In this document: piece by piece, positions 12,743 through 22,756 of the stretch
How the letters are laid out: each line of letters opens with the position of its first letter
Numbering within the stretch: the first letter of the stretch is position 1
Assembly: GCA_040218735.1 (NCBI GenBank)
Contig: JAVJQW010000019.1
Location: forward strand, 160,001-224,000
DNA length: 64,000 nt
Direction: 5' to 3'
DNA from: Deltaproteobacteria bacterium
GTDB taxonomy: Bacteria > Myxococcota > Kuafuiibacteriia > Kuafuiibacteriales > Kuafuiibacteriaceae
Notes under the pieces: model-generated
Databases searched by the model: none
Seen by the model: only the letters and a program-made list of their open reading frames with translations
Told to the model about the DNA's origin: nothing
Program-made: the position numbers and the translations under genes

Positions 12743-13816
12743 TTAACCCTCACTCGGTCCGCCGGGGGAGGACGCGGCGCTGGGGACCGTGGCGTCGACC
12801 GGGTTGTCGGTCGTCGTGGCCTGGGTCGCGTCGACGGCGGTCGCGTCGTCGGCGACGATGCGCGCGGTGCCGCCCGGCTTGCGCTTGGGGACGGCGAGGT
12901 GCTGCGCGATCCAGTCCGCCATCGCCGCGCGGTCGTGCTGACCGGGGTAGTGGAGCACGAGCACGCCGCGCAGCGCGGCTTCGACGGCGCCCATGCTCTG
13001 CGGGCGCGCGGCCGGATCGCGGGCGAGCATCTGGCGCAGGAGCGTCTGCACCTCGTCCGGCACGACGTCGTTGACCGAGCGTATCGAGGGGACGTTCGCC
13101 TGGATGACGAGCTCGAGCGTCTCGGCCTCGCTCTTCGCCTTGAACAGGCGCTGCATCGCGAGCATCTCCCAGAGCACGACGCCGAGCGCAAACACATCGA
13201 CGCGCGCGGTGATCGGCTCGGCGAGCGCCTGCTCGGGCGCCATGTACCCCAGCTTCCCCTTGATGACGCCGGTCCGAGTGTTCGTCAGCCGCTCCGCCGC
13301 ATGGGCGATGCCGAAGTCGAGGACCTTCACCACCCCTTCGCGCGTCACCATGACGTTGTGCGGAGAGATGTCGCGGTGGACGATGTGCATCGGCTCCCCC
13401 GCGTCGTTCGTGCGTTCATGGACGTACGCGAGCGCGGTCGCGACCTCGAGCCCCACCGCGAGCGCGAGCGGCACCGGGAACCACTGGCCGACGCGCGACA
13501 GCCGCATCAGGAGGCGCCTCAGGTCCGACCCGTCGACGAGCTCCATCGACTGGATGAAGTGCCCGCCGAGATCGTGGCCGTCGTAGACCTGGAGGATGTT
13601 GGGGTGCACCAGGCGCCGCGCGATGTTGACCTCGTCCTGGAACATCGAGCGGAAGGTCGTCTCCGCGTAGAAGAACGGCAGGAGGACCTTGAGGGCGACC
13701 TCGCGGCCGTCCGCGTCGGTGGCGGACCAGATCTCCGCCATCCCCCCCAGCGCGACGCGTTCACCGAGGGTGAACGGTCCCAGCGCGAGGCCGGTACGCA
13801 AGGGCACGGGCGCCAT
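12743..13816 (-). CDS. Ser/Thr protein kinase, apparently cytoplasmic
   Basis: GGMA, VALK, HRDISPHN, DFG, GKLGYMAPE; no TM segment after the kinase domain. Confidence 0.93.
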   Translation of the reverse strand: MAPVPLRTGLALGPFTLGERVALGGMAEIWSATDADGREVALKVLLPFFYAETTFRSMFQDEVNIARRLVHPNILQVYDGHDLGGHFIQSMELVDGSDLRRLLMRLSRVGQWFPVPLALAVGLEVATALAYVHERTNDAGEPMHIVHRDISPHNVMVTREGVVKVLDFGIAHAAERLTNTRTGVIKGKLGYMAPEQALAEPITARVDVFALGVVLWEMLAMQRLFKAKSEAETLELVIQANVPSIRSVNDVVPDEVQTLLRQMLARDPAARPQSMGAVEAALRGVLVLHYPGQHDRAAMADWIAQHLAVPKRKPGGTARIVADDATAVDATQATTTDNPVDATVPSAASSPGGPSEG

Positions 13817-13846
13817 CGGGCGCGACCTTACCGAGAAGTGAGGGGA

Positions 13847-14425
13847 CTAGCGAGCGTGGACGCCGGTGGCGCCTTCGAGGACGCGGCCAGCGGCGCCCTG
13901 CGCGATGCGATAGATCTCCGCGCGGACTTCCTTCGACGCGGCGCCGTCGCCGATCGTCGACACGGACTGCACCTCGTAGAAGACGGCGGTCGCCTGGTCG
14001 ACGCTGGTGTCGAGCGCCGGGCCGAGCCGGAGCAGACGGATGTTCGACGTGTAGCTCTCCTGGAGCACCGCGTTCCCGGGGTTCTTCACGAAGGTGCTGT
14101 TCGTCTCGTCCATCGCCGACGAGATGCCGAACGGGTCGCGCCGCGGCAGGCCGCCCTGGTCCGTCGCGTACACCCAGCTGTTGTTCGCCGGATCGATCGG
14201 CATGTTGGCCGGGGTGAGGGTCACGTCGGCCATCGTCTCCTGCGCACCACCGATCGCGACCGCGCGGGCCTGGGAGGCCTTGCGGTGCTCGCCGGCGATG
14301 ACCAGGTCGACGTTGACCATGTCGAGGAGCGTGCCTCCCGCGACGGCGACCAACGCAACGACCAACACCACGATGAACAGCGCAAAGCCACGCTGATTCG
14401 GATTTCGGCGACGTCGTTTCTTCAT
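13847..14425 (-). CDS. pilX: Type IV minor pilin, PilX-like
   Basis: MKKRRRRNPNQRG|FALFIVVLVV: class III signal peptide lacking Glu+5, typical of PilX; last gene of the pilV-pilW run. Confidence 0.75.
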   Translation of the reverse strand: MKKRRRRNPNQRGFALFIVVLVVALVAVAGGTLLDMVNVDLVIAGEHRKASQARAVAIGGAQETMADVTLTPANMPIDPANNSWVYATDQGGLPRRDPFGISSAMDETNSTFVKNPGNAVLQESYTSNIRLLRLGPALDTSVDQATAVFYEVQSVSTIGDGAASKEVRAEIYRIAQGAAGRVLEGATGVHAR

Positions 14426-14436
14426 GAGCTTTCTCC

Positions 14437-15657
14437 TCAGCGCGGCAGCGCCATGCGTCCGGAGTTGGTGATCTCCACGGAGGTCCGGTAGACGCGCCGG
14501 TCGCCGTGATCGTTGGTGCCGCAGGGCATCGGGACACACTCGTTGGTGAGCTGAAGGACCGAACCGGCGCGCGGCTTCACGTCCGGGACGCGGCTGCGAA
14601 TGACGAGCTCGACGTCGACGCGGAGGCGCTGCTGACCCGGGATGGGACCGTCGCCGACGAACTGCCAGGCCGGCGGGACGGCGGCGGTGTTCCAGGCCCA
14701 GACGCGCATGCCGAGGAACTCGGTGTACTCCGCGACGATGCCCGCGCAGGTGTTGATGTTCGGCGCGGCGCCCGTGCAGTTGCTGGAGTCGAACACGGCG
14801 CGGCTCAACGTGCCGCTGCGGGTCTGCGCATTCGGCGCGATGAACCACACGACCGTCTTCAGGCCGCCCTGGATTTCGCCGCCGCGGTACGAGGACCCGT
14901 AGGCCTGGTCGTAGGCGGTGAACGTGAGGTCCGGGTCGAGGTCGTCGACGAACTGCTGGCAGCCGTTCGCACACGCCGCCGGGCTGTTCACACACGGACC
15001 CGCTTGCGCCCGGAAGATCGCGGAGCGCGCCTGGATGCCGTCCTGGTGACGAAGGACGACGAGCTCACCGTCCTGGAAGCTGGTCTGCACGCCGATCGCC
15101 GGGTTGTCGAGGCAGTATTCGGCGCCCCCCTCGAAGCTGACGATGGAGGCAAACGAACCGTTGGCCATTCGGATGCCCACGGCTTGGGTCGTGATGTTGT
15201 AGTTCGGGAGGATGAGGCCGCCGTGGCCGACGCCCGCGAACGTCTGCTGCGTCCCGGCCATCACCGCGGGGCCGGCGCCCGTGGGCATGGTGAACGTGGC
15301 GCCGCCGGTGTTGAACCCGACGTTGCGGATCGTGAACGGCCCGCGCACCAAGCCGCGGAAACACGTCGCCCCGCCCGGACAGGGGGAGGCGGCGTTGAGC
15401 TCGGTGTGGTTGCCGTTGGCGACGCCGTAGCCGATGCCGGCGCCCGCCTGAGAGACGTCCTCGACGATCAGGTCGAGCGCGGCGCGCCCGGCCTGGGACA
15501 GCTCGACGCGCTCGCGCGACACACCCATCAGGCGCGTCTCGTGGGCTGCGAAGGTGAACGCCGCGGCGGTGAGCACCGTCGCGATGGCGGTGCCGACGAG
15601 CAGCTCGATCAGCGTGAAGCCGTGTTGGGCGCGGTTCAGCATGGGCGAGGACCTCAT
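14437..15657 (-). CDS. pilW: Type IV minor pilin, PilW-like
   Basis: QHG|FTLIELLVG prepilin motif, R.ALDLI..DV..AG helix, large Cys-containing head. Confidence 0.78.
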   Translation of the reverse strand: MRSSPMLNRAQHGFTLIELLVGTAIATVLTAAAFTFAAHETRLMGVSRERVELSQAGRAALDLIVEDVSQAGAGIGYGVANGNHTELNAASPCPGGATCFRGLVRGPFTIRNVGFNTGGATFTMPTGAGPAVMAGTQQTFAGVGHGGLILPNYNITTQAVGIRMANGSFASIVSFEGGAEYCLDNPAIGVQTSFQDGELVVLRHQDGIQARSAIFRAQAGPCVNSPAACANGCQQFVDDLDPDLTFTAYDQAYGSSYRGGEIQGGLKTVVWFIAPNAQTRSGTLSRAVFDSSNCTGAAPNINTCAGIVAEYTEFLGMRVWAWNTAAVPPAWQFVGDGPIPGQQRLRVDVELVIRSRVPDVKPRAGSVLQLTNECVPMPCGTNDHGDRRVYRTSVEITNSGRMALPR

Positions 15658-16229
15658 AGTCCGGGGACCGCCAGACGGTCCGCGACGACGCGGCGGGAGA
15701 CACGCTGGCCCGCGACGGGGGCGGCGGGCGAGCGGATCAGGCTGTCGTTCCAGCACACGATGGTGGCGACCCGCCAACCGTCGCCGGCGGGGTTCTGACC
15801 CTCCATGATCCGCACGCGGAAGCGACCGTTCAGCGGCGGTCCCGCGGCGGCGGGCGCGATGTTGCCGTGGATGTCGAAGTCGAACGTGCAGCCGAGCGGC
15901 ACGCAGGTCTCGACCGAGCTGCAGACGCCGCCGGGGGCGGAGGCGAAGATGGTGCCGCAGTCGTCGAGCGCCGCGAGCGGAACGGTGCGGGCGGCCGCGT
16001 TGGGGCAGTTGGTCGGGTTGTCGACCGCGAACACCGCGAAGTTGTCCGCGATCTGGCGCGCGACCTCCGAGGCGTCACCGATCCGCGACGAGGAGACCGT
16101 GCCGCGCATGGAGGACTGGTGGAGCCGGACGAGCGCGGTGAGCGCGACCCCGAGGACACCGGCCGCGATGAGGGCTTCGACCAGAGAGAAGCCGGCGGTC
16201 CGCCGGCGCTTTCGCTTTGAGACACCCAT
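15654..16229 (-). CDS. pilV: Type IV minor pilin, PilV-like
   Basis: RTAG|FSLVEALIAAGVLGVAL prepilin motif; AGGAGG upstream; 4-bp overlap with pilW. Confidence 0.75.
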   Translation of the reverse strand: MGVSKRKRRRTAGFSLVEALIAAGVLGVALTALVRLHQSSMRGTVSSSRIGDASEVARQIADNFAVFAVDNPTNCPNAAARTVPLAALDDCGTIFASAPGGVCSSVETCVPLGCTFDFDIHGNIAPAAAGPPLNGRFRVRIMEGQNPAGDGWRVATIVCWNDSLIRSPAAPVAGQRVSRRVVADRLAVPGL

Positions 16230-16242
16230 CCGGGAGTTCCTC

Positions 16243-16299
16243 CTTGCAGGGCCCGGACCAGCGTAGATCCGCGGCGTTCGGGACTGTGAGTGTGCAAGG
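16243..16299 (-). promoter_or_regulatory. Putative sigma54 -24/-12 element plus upstream CCTTGCA box, ahead of pilV
   Basis: Coding strand CCTTGCA-N31-CTGGTCCGGGCCCTGCAAG (GG-N10-GC), same spacing as upstream of pilY1. Caveat: implies a very short leader. Confidence 0.45.
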
Positions 16300-16357
16300 A
16301 TCGTCGGAGGTCCGCAAGGTTTGGGCACTTGTCGGGATCGAGGTGCGCGGGGGTGGG

Positions 16358-17479
16358 TCATCGTTCCACGAGGAGCGCCGGCATCAACACGGCACCGCCG
16401 ACCACCGCGCCCGCGAGCAGCTCCCACCATGGGAATCGCTTGGGGTCGTCGCGGAGGAAACCGAGCACGGCCCACGTGATCCCCGCGGCGAGCAGCGGGA
16501 GCCCGATCTGGGCCTGGACGACGAGCTTGGACGCCACCGCCTCCTCGCCTTCGTCGAGCGTTCTGTAGGACTTGGGCACGTAGGGCGCCCAGAGCGTCAG
16601 GCCCGCGCCGACCGCCGCCGCCGCGATCCCGCCCCACCGCATCCCCGTGTAGACGCCGCCGTAGATCGGCGGGTTCGCGAGGGACAGCTCGAGGTCGAGC
16701 GTGCGACGCCGGCCGGCCGCGAGCGCGACGTCGGTCTCGAACGGTTCGATGTGCGGACCGCGCGCGGTGATGCGTCGCTTGCCGACCTGCACGCGGCGGA
16801 GCTCGACCGCGCGAACGTCGCCGATGCGCGCGACCTCGCGGTCGTCGATGAACAGGTTCACGCCGCCGGTCGACGTCGTGATGCCGAGCTCGGCGTTGGC
16901 GTCGAGGGGATCGACGTCGCGGATCGCGTCGCCGAGGGGGGCGAGCTGCTGGGTGAGGAAGCGAGTGGCTTCGTCGGGCGAAGGGAGGAGCGTCGGCGGT
17001 GCGCGGAGGACGACCGCGTCGCGTCGGATGCTGCGATCGATGGCGGCGTCGTCACCGCCGGTGTCGAGCGCACGCGCGCGATCGAGATCGATGAGGAGGA
17101 CGGCGACGACCTCTTCCTCTTTGTCGGCGATCGTCGTGATGCGCACGGAGATGACCGCGAGGAATCGACCGCCGCGACCGCGTTCTTGTTCGGGGAGCGC
17201 CGTGCGAACGATGCAGAGGGTGCGTGGCATCTTGCGTTCGGTGCAGGCCTCGTACGCGGCGCCTTCGAGCGGGACGACGTCGGCGTCGGCGGTCGCGGCG
17301 AGCGCCTGTTTAATCGCGTTGAAGAGGAACGTCGAAGAGAGGCGCTCGAGGCCTTGCGGCGGGAGGACGAGCGTTGCGAAGACAGGCGCAGGGCCGGCGA
17401 CGTCGATGACGGGGGGCTCGACGTCGGGCGCAGCGAGGAGCGTCGTGGCGAGCGCGGCGATGACCGGGACGAACGACAA
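16358..17479 (-). CDS. Secreted/membrane protein with PEGA-like domain and C-terminal TM helices
   Basis: Signal peptide; V.LFIDD..G.RRITARGP..PFETDV PEGA-like segment; C-terminal hydrophobic stretches. Confidence 0.65.
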   Translation of the reverse strand: MSFVPVIAALATTLLAAPDVEPPVIDVAGPAPVFATLVLPPQGLERLSSTFLFNAIKQALAATADADVVPLEGAAYEACTERKMPRTLCIVRTALPEQERGRGGRFLAVISVRITTIADKEEEVVAVLLIDLDRARALDTGGDDAAIDRSIRRDAVVLRAPPTLLPSPDEATRFLTQQLAPLGDAIRDVDPLDANAELGITTSTGGVNLFIDDREVARIGDVRAVELRRVQVGKRRITARGPHIEPFETDVALAAGRRRTLDLELSLANPPIYGGVYTGMRWGGIAAAAVGAGLTLWAPYVPKSYRTLDEGEEAVASKLVVQAQIGLPLLAAGITWAVLGFLRDDPKRFPWWELLAGAVVGGAVLMPALLVER

Positions 17480-17630
17480 CGTCGCGGACGGTAGCGGTCA
17501 CGATCGCGAGCGGCAACTTCGCGACCTGGACTCAGGTGCAACGTGTGACATCCGAGGGCGTTCGGAATTCGTTCAGGATGGGTTCTTGTGTGGTGCGGGT
17601 ATCCAGAAGGTGGAAGACTGGCCGACCTGA

Positions 17631-19043
17631 GTGGCCGTGGACCCGACGAAGCACAGGTACCGAGTCGGTGAGCGGCTCGGGGGCGGCGGCATGGCGGAGG
17701 TGTACAAAGCGCACCTTCGCGGCGCCGAGGGCTTCGAGCGGGCGGTCGCGATCAAGCGAATACTCACCGGTTACTCGTCGGACGACGCGTTCGCGGAGAT
17801 GTTCATCCGCGAGGCGCGGCTGGCGTCGCGGCTGAGTCACCCGAACATCACGCAGATCATCGACTTCGACCGGGACGACGACGGTCACCTCTTCATCGTG
17901 ATGGAGCTGGTGGAGGGGCGTGACCTGAAGGGTCTGGCGGCGTCGGGGCCGTTGCCGTTGTCGGTGAGTTTGTTCGTGGTCGGTGAGTTGCTGCGCGCGT
18001 TGGATTACGCGCACCGCCTCGACGACCAGGGCCGGCCGCTGCGGATCGTCCACCGCGACGTCACGCCGCACAACGTGCTGTTGTCGTGGGAGGGGGCGGT
18101 CAAGCTGACGGACTTCGGCATCGCGAAGGCGTTGGCGGAGAGCCCGATGACGCAGACCGGCGTGGTGAAGGGGAAGGCGGCGTACCTGAGCCCGGAGCAG
18201 GCGCGCGCGGAGAAGATCGACGCGCGCTCGGATCTGTTCGCGGTGGGCGTGATCCTGCACGAGCTGGTGCGGGGGCAGCGTCTGTTCGGGGTCGAGGAGG
18301 GCGCGGTGGACATGGTTGTCGTCCGGCGCGTGCTGAAGATGGACATCCCGAGCCTTCGCCTGGAGCAGCCGGAGGTGTCGCCGCTGCTCGACAACCTGTG
18401 CATGCGTTTGTTGGCGCGCGAGCCCGACGCCCGCTTCAGCACGGCGCACGCAGCGCTCGAGGCGCTGTTGAGCCTGAAGGAGTACTCGGCGCGGGGCCAG
18501 CTCGAGCTGGCGACGCTGATGCGCGAGCGCTTCGGTTCTCCCTCGTCGCCGCCGGCCGGGCGCCCGGTCGTACCGTCGGGCGTGCCGAAGGGTGACTTCA
18601 CGGGGGTGAGCGCGATGCTCGATCCGGAGCACCCCACGGACGACGCCGACCCGCGGCCGCCCCCCAGCGAGCTCCCCACGGACGACGCCTCCATGGCCAA
18701 GCCGGACTCGATGGACGTAGCGCCGACGATCGCGGTGGTCGCGAAGGATCCGACGACGGCCGAGACCGAGCTCCCCGACACCGCGCCCCCGCCCGGAACA
18801 CCGGCGGACATGCGCCGCACGGAGCGCCTCGACGTGGAGGCGCACCTCGAACGCATCCGCACCTCCCAACCCGACGCGCTCGACATCCGCCCGATGTCGC
18901 GACCCGAGGTCGGCGCGACCTCGGTGCCGGACGCGTCGCGCTCACAAGCGGAGCTGGTACGCCGCGCGAACATGGGGTGGTGGGTGGCGATCGTGGTGCT
19001 GCTCGGCGTGGGGGCCTGGGCGTTGGTGCAGCTGCTGAAGTAA
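17631..19043 (+). CDS. Ser/Thr protein kinase with C-terminal TM anchor
   Basis: GGGGMA, VAIK, HRDVTPHN, DFG, YLSPE; C-terminal WWVAIVVLLGVG. Confidence 0.93.
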   Translation: MAVDPTKHRYRVGERLGGGGMAEVYKAHLRGAEGFERAVAIKRILTGYSSDDAFAEMFIREARLASRLSHPNITQIIDFDRDDDGHLFIVMELVEGRDLKGLAASGPLPLSVSLFVVGELLRALDYAHRLDDQGRPLRIVHRDVTPHNVLLSWEGAVKLTDFGIAKALAESPMTQTGVVKGKAAYLSPEQARAEKIDARSDLFAVGVILHELVRGQRLFGVEEGAVDMVVVRRVLKMDIPSLRLEQPEVSPLLDNLCMRLLAREPDARFSTAHAALEALLSLKEYSARGQLELATLMRERFGSPSSPPAGRPVVPSGVPKGDFTGVSAMLDPEHPTDDADPRPPPSELPTDDASMAKPDSMDVAPTIAVVAKDPTTAETELPDTAPPPGTPADMRRTERLDVEAHLERIRTSQPDALDIRPMSRPEVGATSVPDASRSQAELVRRANMGWWVAIVVLLGVGAWALVQLLK

Positions 19044-19400
19044 GGCGCAGGCGTCGCTCGCGAGTCGGTGCGGAGACGCCAACGCGATGACGTCGACGAG
19101 CGTCGCGACGCTCTAGGCCGCCGCGATCGTCAACCCGAAGGACGAAGTCGGCCGCTTCTCGACCGCGCGCCCCCCTCGGGTTCGGCGGATCCTGGACGGC
19201 GCGTCCCCTTCGGCCTCCGGTCGTGATGGGCCTCGACCTCGCGGGGCGAGTCGCGTCGAGGCCGGCGCGCGGAGGTCGCCGCGACTCCCGCGGTCCAAAA
19301 GACGATCGCTTCGGCGGCCACCGAATCGGCGTGCGCCGGATTCGTTCGGCGGCACCCGAACGTTCGCCGGACGAATCGGCGCCGAAGCAGATCCCATGGG

Positions 19401-22091
19401 GTGGCGCGGGTCTTGGAACGGCGTCGTTGCGTGGCTCGCCCGACCGCGCCTGTGTCCGCCTTCGCGACCGTCCACCCCACGCGCACGTCGGGGCAGGCGG
19501 TCGATCGATCCGTGCTCGTAGCGTCGCCGCCCGTCACGCTCGACCATTCGGTGCCGAGCGACGGGAACCTCCGGGAGCCGGAGGTCCGCGCGAGCGCGAT
19601 CGAGGTGCTCGGGCTCGGGTCGCTCGGCGCCTCGCCGCGTGCGTTGGAGCGTCGGCTCGTGCGGCTGGTACGTGCGCAAGGCGTTCGGGCGGTTCGGCTC
19701 CGCGTGCGCTTGGCGCGGGGCGAGGCCCGGGCGCTGTACGACGGCGCCGTGGGGATCGGTTCGGCGCCTGCGCTGCGACGTGCGGATAAGATCCTACGGC
19801 GGCTCGACGTCCTCGACGTCGGGCTCGATCGATTCGAAGCGGAGCGCGCTCGGGTTCGCGCGGCGATGACACCGCGGGCGGTGGCGACGGCCGAGGCGAT
19901 CCTCGAGCAAACGCGTGCGTCGGTGCGTTCGTGGCGGGATCAGTACGGCGACGAGACCGAGCTGCTCGCGCTCCGCGCCGACGCGCAGGCGCTGTTCGAG
20001 GCGCGCGGGCGTTTCGAGCGGGCGAGCGGCGCCGAGCGGATCTCGGCGCGTGCAGCGTATGACGCGTTGCACGCGAGAATATCGGCGAGGCACCCGCCGC
20101 TCGCGTCCGCGAGCCTCGCTGCGCCGCTCACGGAGCTCTGGGCGTTTGGTAGCGAGACGGACTCGAAGCAGGTGGGGCAGGTCGTCGTGGACGTCCCGCG
20201 TCCGATCGACGCTGCGCTCGAAGCGAAGATCGAGGCGACGCTCGACGGCGTCGACGCGATGCAAGCTCGCTTGCGCGACGATCCGGACGCGGTGTGGCAG
20301 CTCCCGGACGTCGTCGAGGCGACGCTGATCGCGGAGGGGATCGTCGCGCACGGGATGGTCGCCGCGCACGCGCGAGACGTAGTGCGGGAGGTGAATCGCG
20401 ACGCGCGCATGTGGCGGACGTTTGTGTCGATCGCCGCGGTCGGCTTGGGGATCGCGGCGGCGCTGCCCAGCGGTGGAGCGAGCCTCGCGGCGACGGCGGT
20501 CGCGACGTCGGCGCTCGACGGGTACCAGCTCTACCTCGCGTACGCGGAGTATCGGCGAGGCGTCGACGCGGCGGACGCGGGGCTCGCGGCGGAGCGCCCG
20601 TCGCCGCTGCCGGTGATCCTAGAAGCGGCGGCGACGACCGCCGGCGCGGGCGGCGCGGCGACGGCGCTCGCAAAATCTCGCTTCGTTCGTGCGCTCGGCC
20701 GCACGGACGATCTGGGCGCTGCCACGCGTGCGATGGAGACGCGCCTAGGTCGGGAGCGGGCGGCGTCGCTCTTCGAGCGTTTCGGAGGAGACGGGGTCGA
20801 AGCGCTGCCGGCGGAGCTGTGGTCGCGGTTGGCGGCCGTGGACGAAGAGGCGTTGGACGCGGCGCTGGATGCGCTCGGTCCCGAACAGGTCATCGCGTGG
20901 ACGGAGGGGGTGGGGCCGGAGCGTGTCGCGGCGCTGGTGGCGGACGTGCCATCCGGGTGGTGGCCGGACCTGACCGCCACGGCGATCGATCCCGAGGCGA
21001 TCGAGGGTGTCTTGGCGCTGGGGTCGGAGGTGGTCGCGACGTTGCTGCCGTCGGTGAAGGGCGAGGGGCTCGCGGCGCTCGCGCGGGCGGCGGACGGGGC
21101 GCCGGTGTCGGTGCTCGACGACGGCTTCGCGGTGGTCCGCGGTGTGCGGTTCCATCCGCGTTCGCCGGGCGGTGCGGACCGACTCGGCGATGTGTTGTCG
21201 CGATGGGACGAGTTGGTCGCGCGCGCGCCCGACTTGGCGAGCTTCGGGCCGTGGAGTGAACGGGAGATCGGTCGGGTCGAGGAGCTGATCCGGGAGGTGT
21301 CGGGGGGCAAGCGTCCCAAGCGTGCGGCGTTCAGGTCGCTCGCCTCGCGGTCGGGCGCTGCGCCGAGCGCGCTGCGCCGCGCGGTCCACGCGGCGGCGGG
21401 GCGCGCGGTGGTGTTGGGCCGTCGCTCGGCGGCGCTCGTCGTGCGCGCGCCTCAGCTGCGCGACGGCCTGGAGTCGTTGGCGCTGAGCGCGGTGTCGCCG
21501 GCGACGCGGGCGCGCGCGCTGGACGGTGTCGAGCGTGCGTTGGGGGCGGCGGTGACGATCTCGCGTCGGCATCTGGCCGCGTGGTTGGACGACGCGGCGG
21601 ATGCGGGCCACTCGATCGAACGCTGCTTCGTCGACCGGCTGGTGGAGTTGGAGTATGCGGTCGAAGCGATCGAAGCCGGGCGCGCGGCGGAGGGGAGCAC
21701 GGTGTTCCTCGGCCTGAAGCCAGGCGAGCGCGTGGCCCTGAAACCGGGCGGCCCGTGGTTCGAGGTCCCGCCGACCACCCCGGGCCGAGTGGGGGCCTTG
21801 GAGGACATCGACGTGGTATTCATCGACGCGGACGACGTGGTGCACGTGGTGGAGGTGAAGCGCACGGACGAGGCGCTGTGGAAGGCGCTGGAGAAGACGA
21901 GTGGCGACTACGTCGATAAGTTCGTGCAGCTACGCGGCGAAGGTGCGGCGGCCGAGCAGAAGCGCGAGGTCACAATGGCGATTCGGTCGCCTGGGACGGG
22001 AGCGTTGGACCGACCCCTGACCGTCGGGGAAGGCGAAACGCCGCGCGCGGTGCTCGCGAAGAAGGCGATTCGCGTGGAGTTCGAGCCATGA
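19401..22091 (+). CDS. Putative polymorphic toxin with hydrophobic hairpin and C-terminal PD-(D/E)xK nuclease-like domain
   Basis: Central IAAVGLGIAAALPSGGASLAATAVA segment; C-terminal ELEYA...DIDVVFID..VHVVEVK motif; ATGA overlap with the next gene. True start uncertain (could be near 19551). Confidence 0.6.
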   Translation: MARVLERRRCVARPTAPVSAFATVHPTRTSGQAVDRSVLVASPPVTLDHSVPSDGNLREPEVRASAIEVLGLGSLGASPRALERRLVRLVRAQGVRAVRLRVRLARGEARALYDGAVGIGSAPALRRADKILRRLDVLDVGLDRFEAERARVRAAMTPRAVATAEAILEQTRASVRSWRDQYGDETELLALRADAQALFEARGRFERASGAERISARAAYDALHARISARHPPLASASLAAPLTELWAFGSETDSKQVGQVVVDVPRPIDAALEAKIEATLDGVDAMQARLRDDPDAVWQLPDVVEATLIAEGIVAHGMVAAHARDVVREVNRDARMWRTFVSIAAVGLGIAAALPSGGASLAATAVATSALDGYQLYLAYAEYRRGVDAADAGLAAERPSPLPVILEAAATTAGAGGAATALAKSRFVRALGRTDDLGAATRAMETRLGRERAASLFERFGGDGVEALPAELWSRLAAVDEEALDAALDALGPEQVIAWTEGVGPERVAALVADVPSGWWPDLTATAIDPEAIEGVLALGSEVVATLLPSVKGEGLAALARAADGAPVSVLDDGFAVVRGVRFHPRSPGGADRLGDVLSRWDELVARAPDLASFGPWSEREIGRVEELIREVSGGKRPKRAAFRSLASRSGAAPSALRRAVHAAAGRAVVLGRRSAALVVRAPQLRDGLESLALSAVSPATRARALDGVERALGAAVTISRRHLAAWLDDAADAGHSIERCFVDRLVELEYAVEAIEAGRAAEGSTVFLGLKPGERVALKPGGPWFEVPPTTPGRVGALEDIDVVFIDADDVVHVVEVKRTDEALWKALEKTSGDYVDKFVQLRGEGAAAEQKREVTMAIRSPGTGALDRPLTVGEGETPRAVLAKKAIRVEFEP

Positions 22092-22756
22092 GCTCAACGC
22101 CCTTCGCGGGACTCGAAGACGCAGTCAGCCATCTCCCCGAGCGCTGGGCGTTCATTTCGCGCGTCCCGCGAGACGAATTCGCGGTGCCAGGCGAAGTCAC
22201 GAAGGGCTTTCGCGGCGTCGCGGCCGTCCTGACCCTCCTCGGACCCTCGGACGCCCGCGAGGTTTCTGCGGAGGTTGGGTACGGGCGCGACGGCGGGTGG
22301 TTCGCCTTCAAGGAGCGCTTCGCTGACCTTCGAACGCTGTCGGCTGCGAATGTGAACGCCTACCTGGTCGAGCAGTTCGGGAGCGCGAACGCGGCGAGCC
22401 ATGGCCGCTGGTCGATGCAGGGGTGGCTTCGTGACCGCGTCGGAAACATCGCCAAGCGGGTGATCATTGACGTCCCGGCGTGGTTCAACGAGGACCCGAC
22501 CGGCCTGCGCGAAGTCGCCTTCGAGGAGCTCCAACGCGTCGCCCTCCTCCTCCCCGACCGTCACCAGGCCGACTGCCTCCGACTGATCCTCGAGCGCGTC
22601 GAGATGCGCGCCTTCGACTTCGCGCGCCGCCTCTACCACCACCCCGACGCCGGCCCCGCCATGAAGGCCGTCGTCCACGAGGTCTTCGAGCCCGACTACG
22701 CAGCGAAGCTGATCGCGGACGTGCCGGAGTCGCATGCGCCGTCCCCGTGGTTGTGA
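22088..22756 (+). CDS. Putative cognate immunity protein 1
   Basis: 222 aa, ATGA-coupled to the toxin stop, no signal peptide, paralog directly downstream. Confidence 0.55.
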   Translation: MSSTPFAGLEDAVSHLPERWAFISRVPRDEFAVPGEVTKGFRGVAAVLTLLGPSDAREVSAEVGYGRDGGWFAFKERFADLRTLSAANVNAYLVEQFGSANAASHGRWSMQGWLRDRVGNIAKRVIIDVPAWFNEDPTGLREVAFEELQRVALLLPDRHQADCLRLILERVEMRAFDFARRLYHHPDAGPAMKAVVHEVFEPDYAAKLIADVPESHAPSPWL

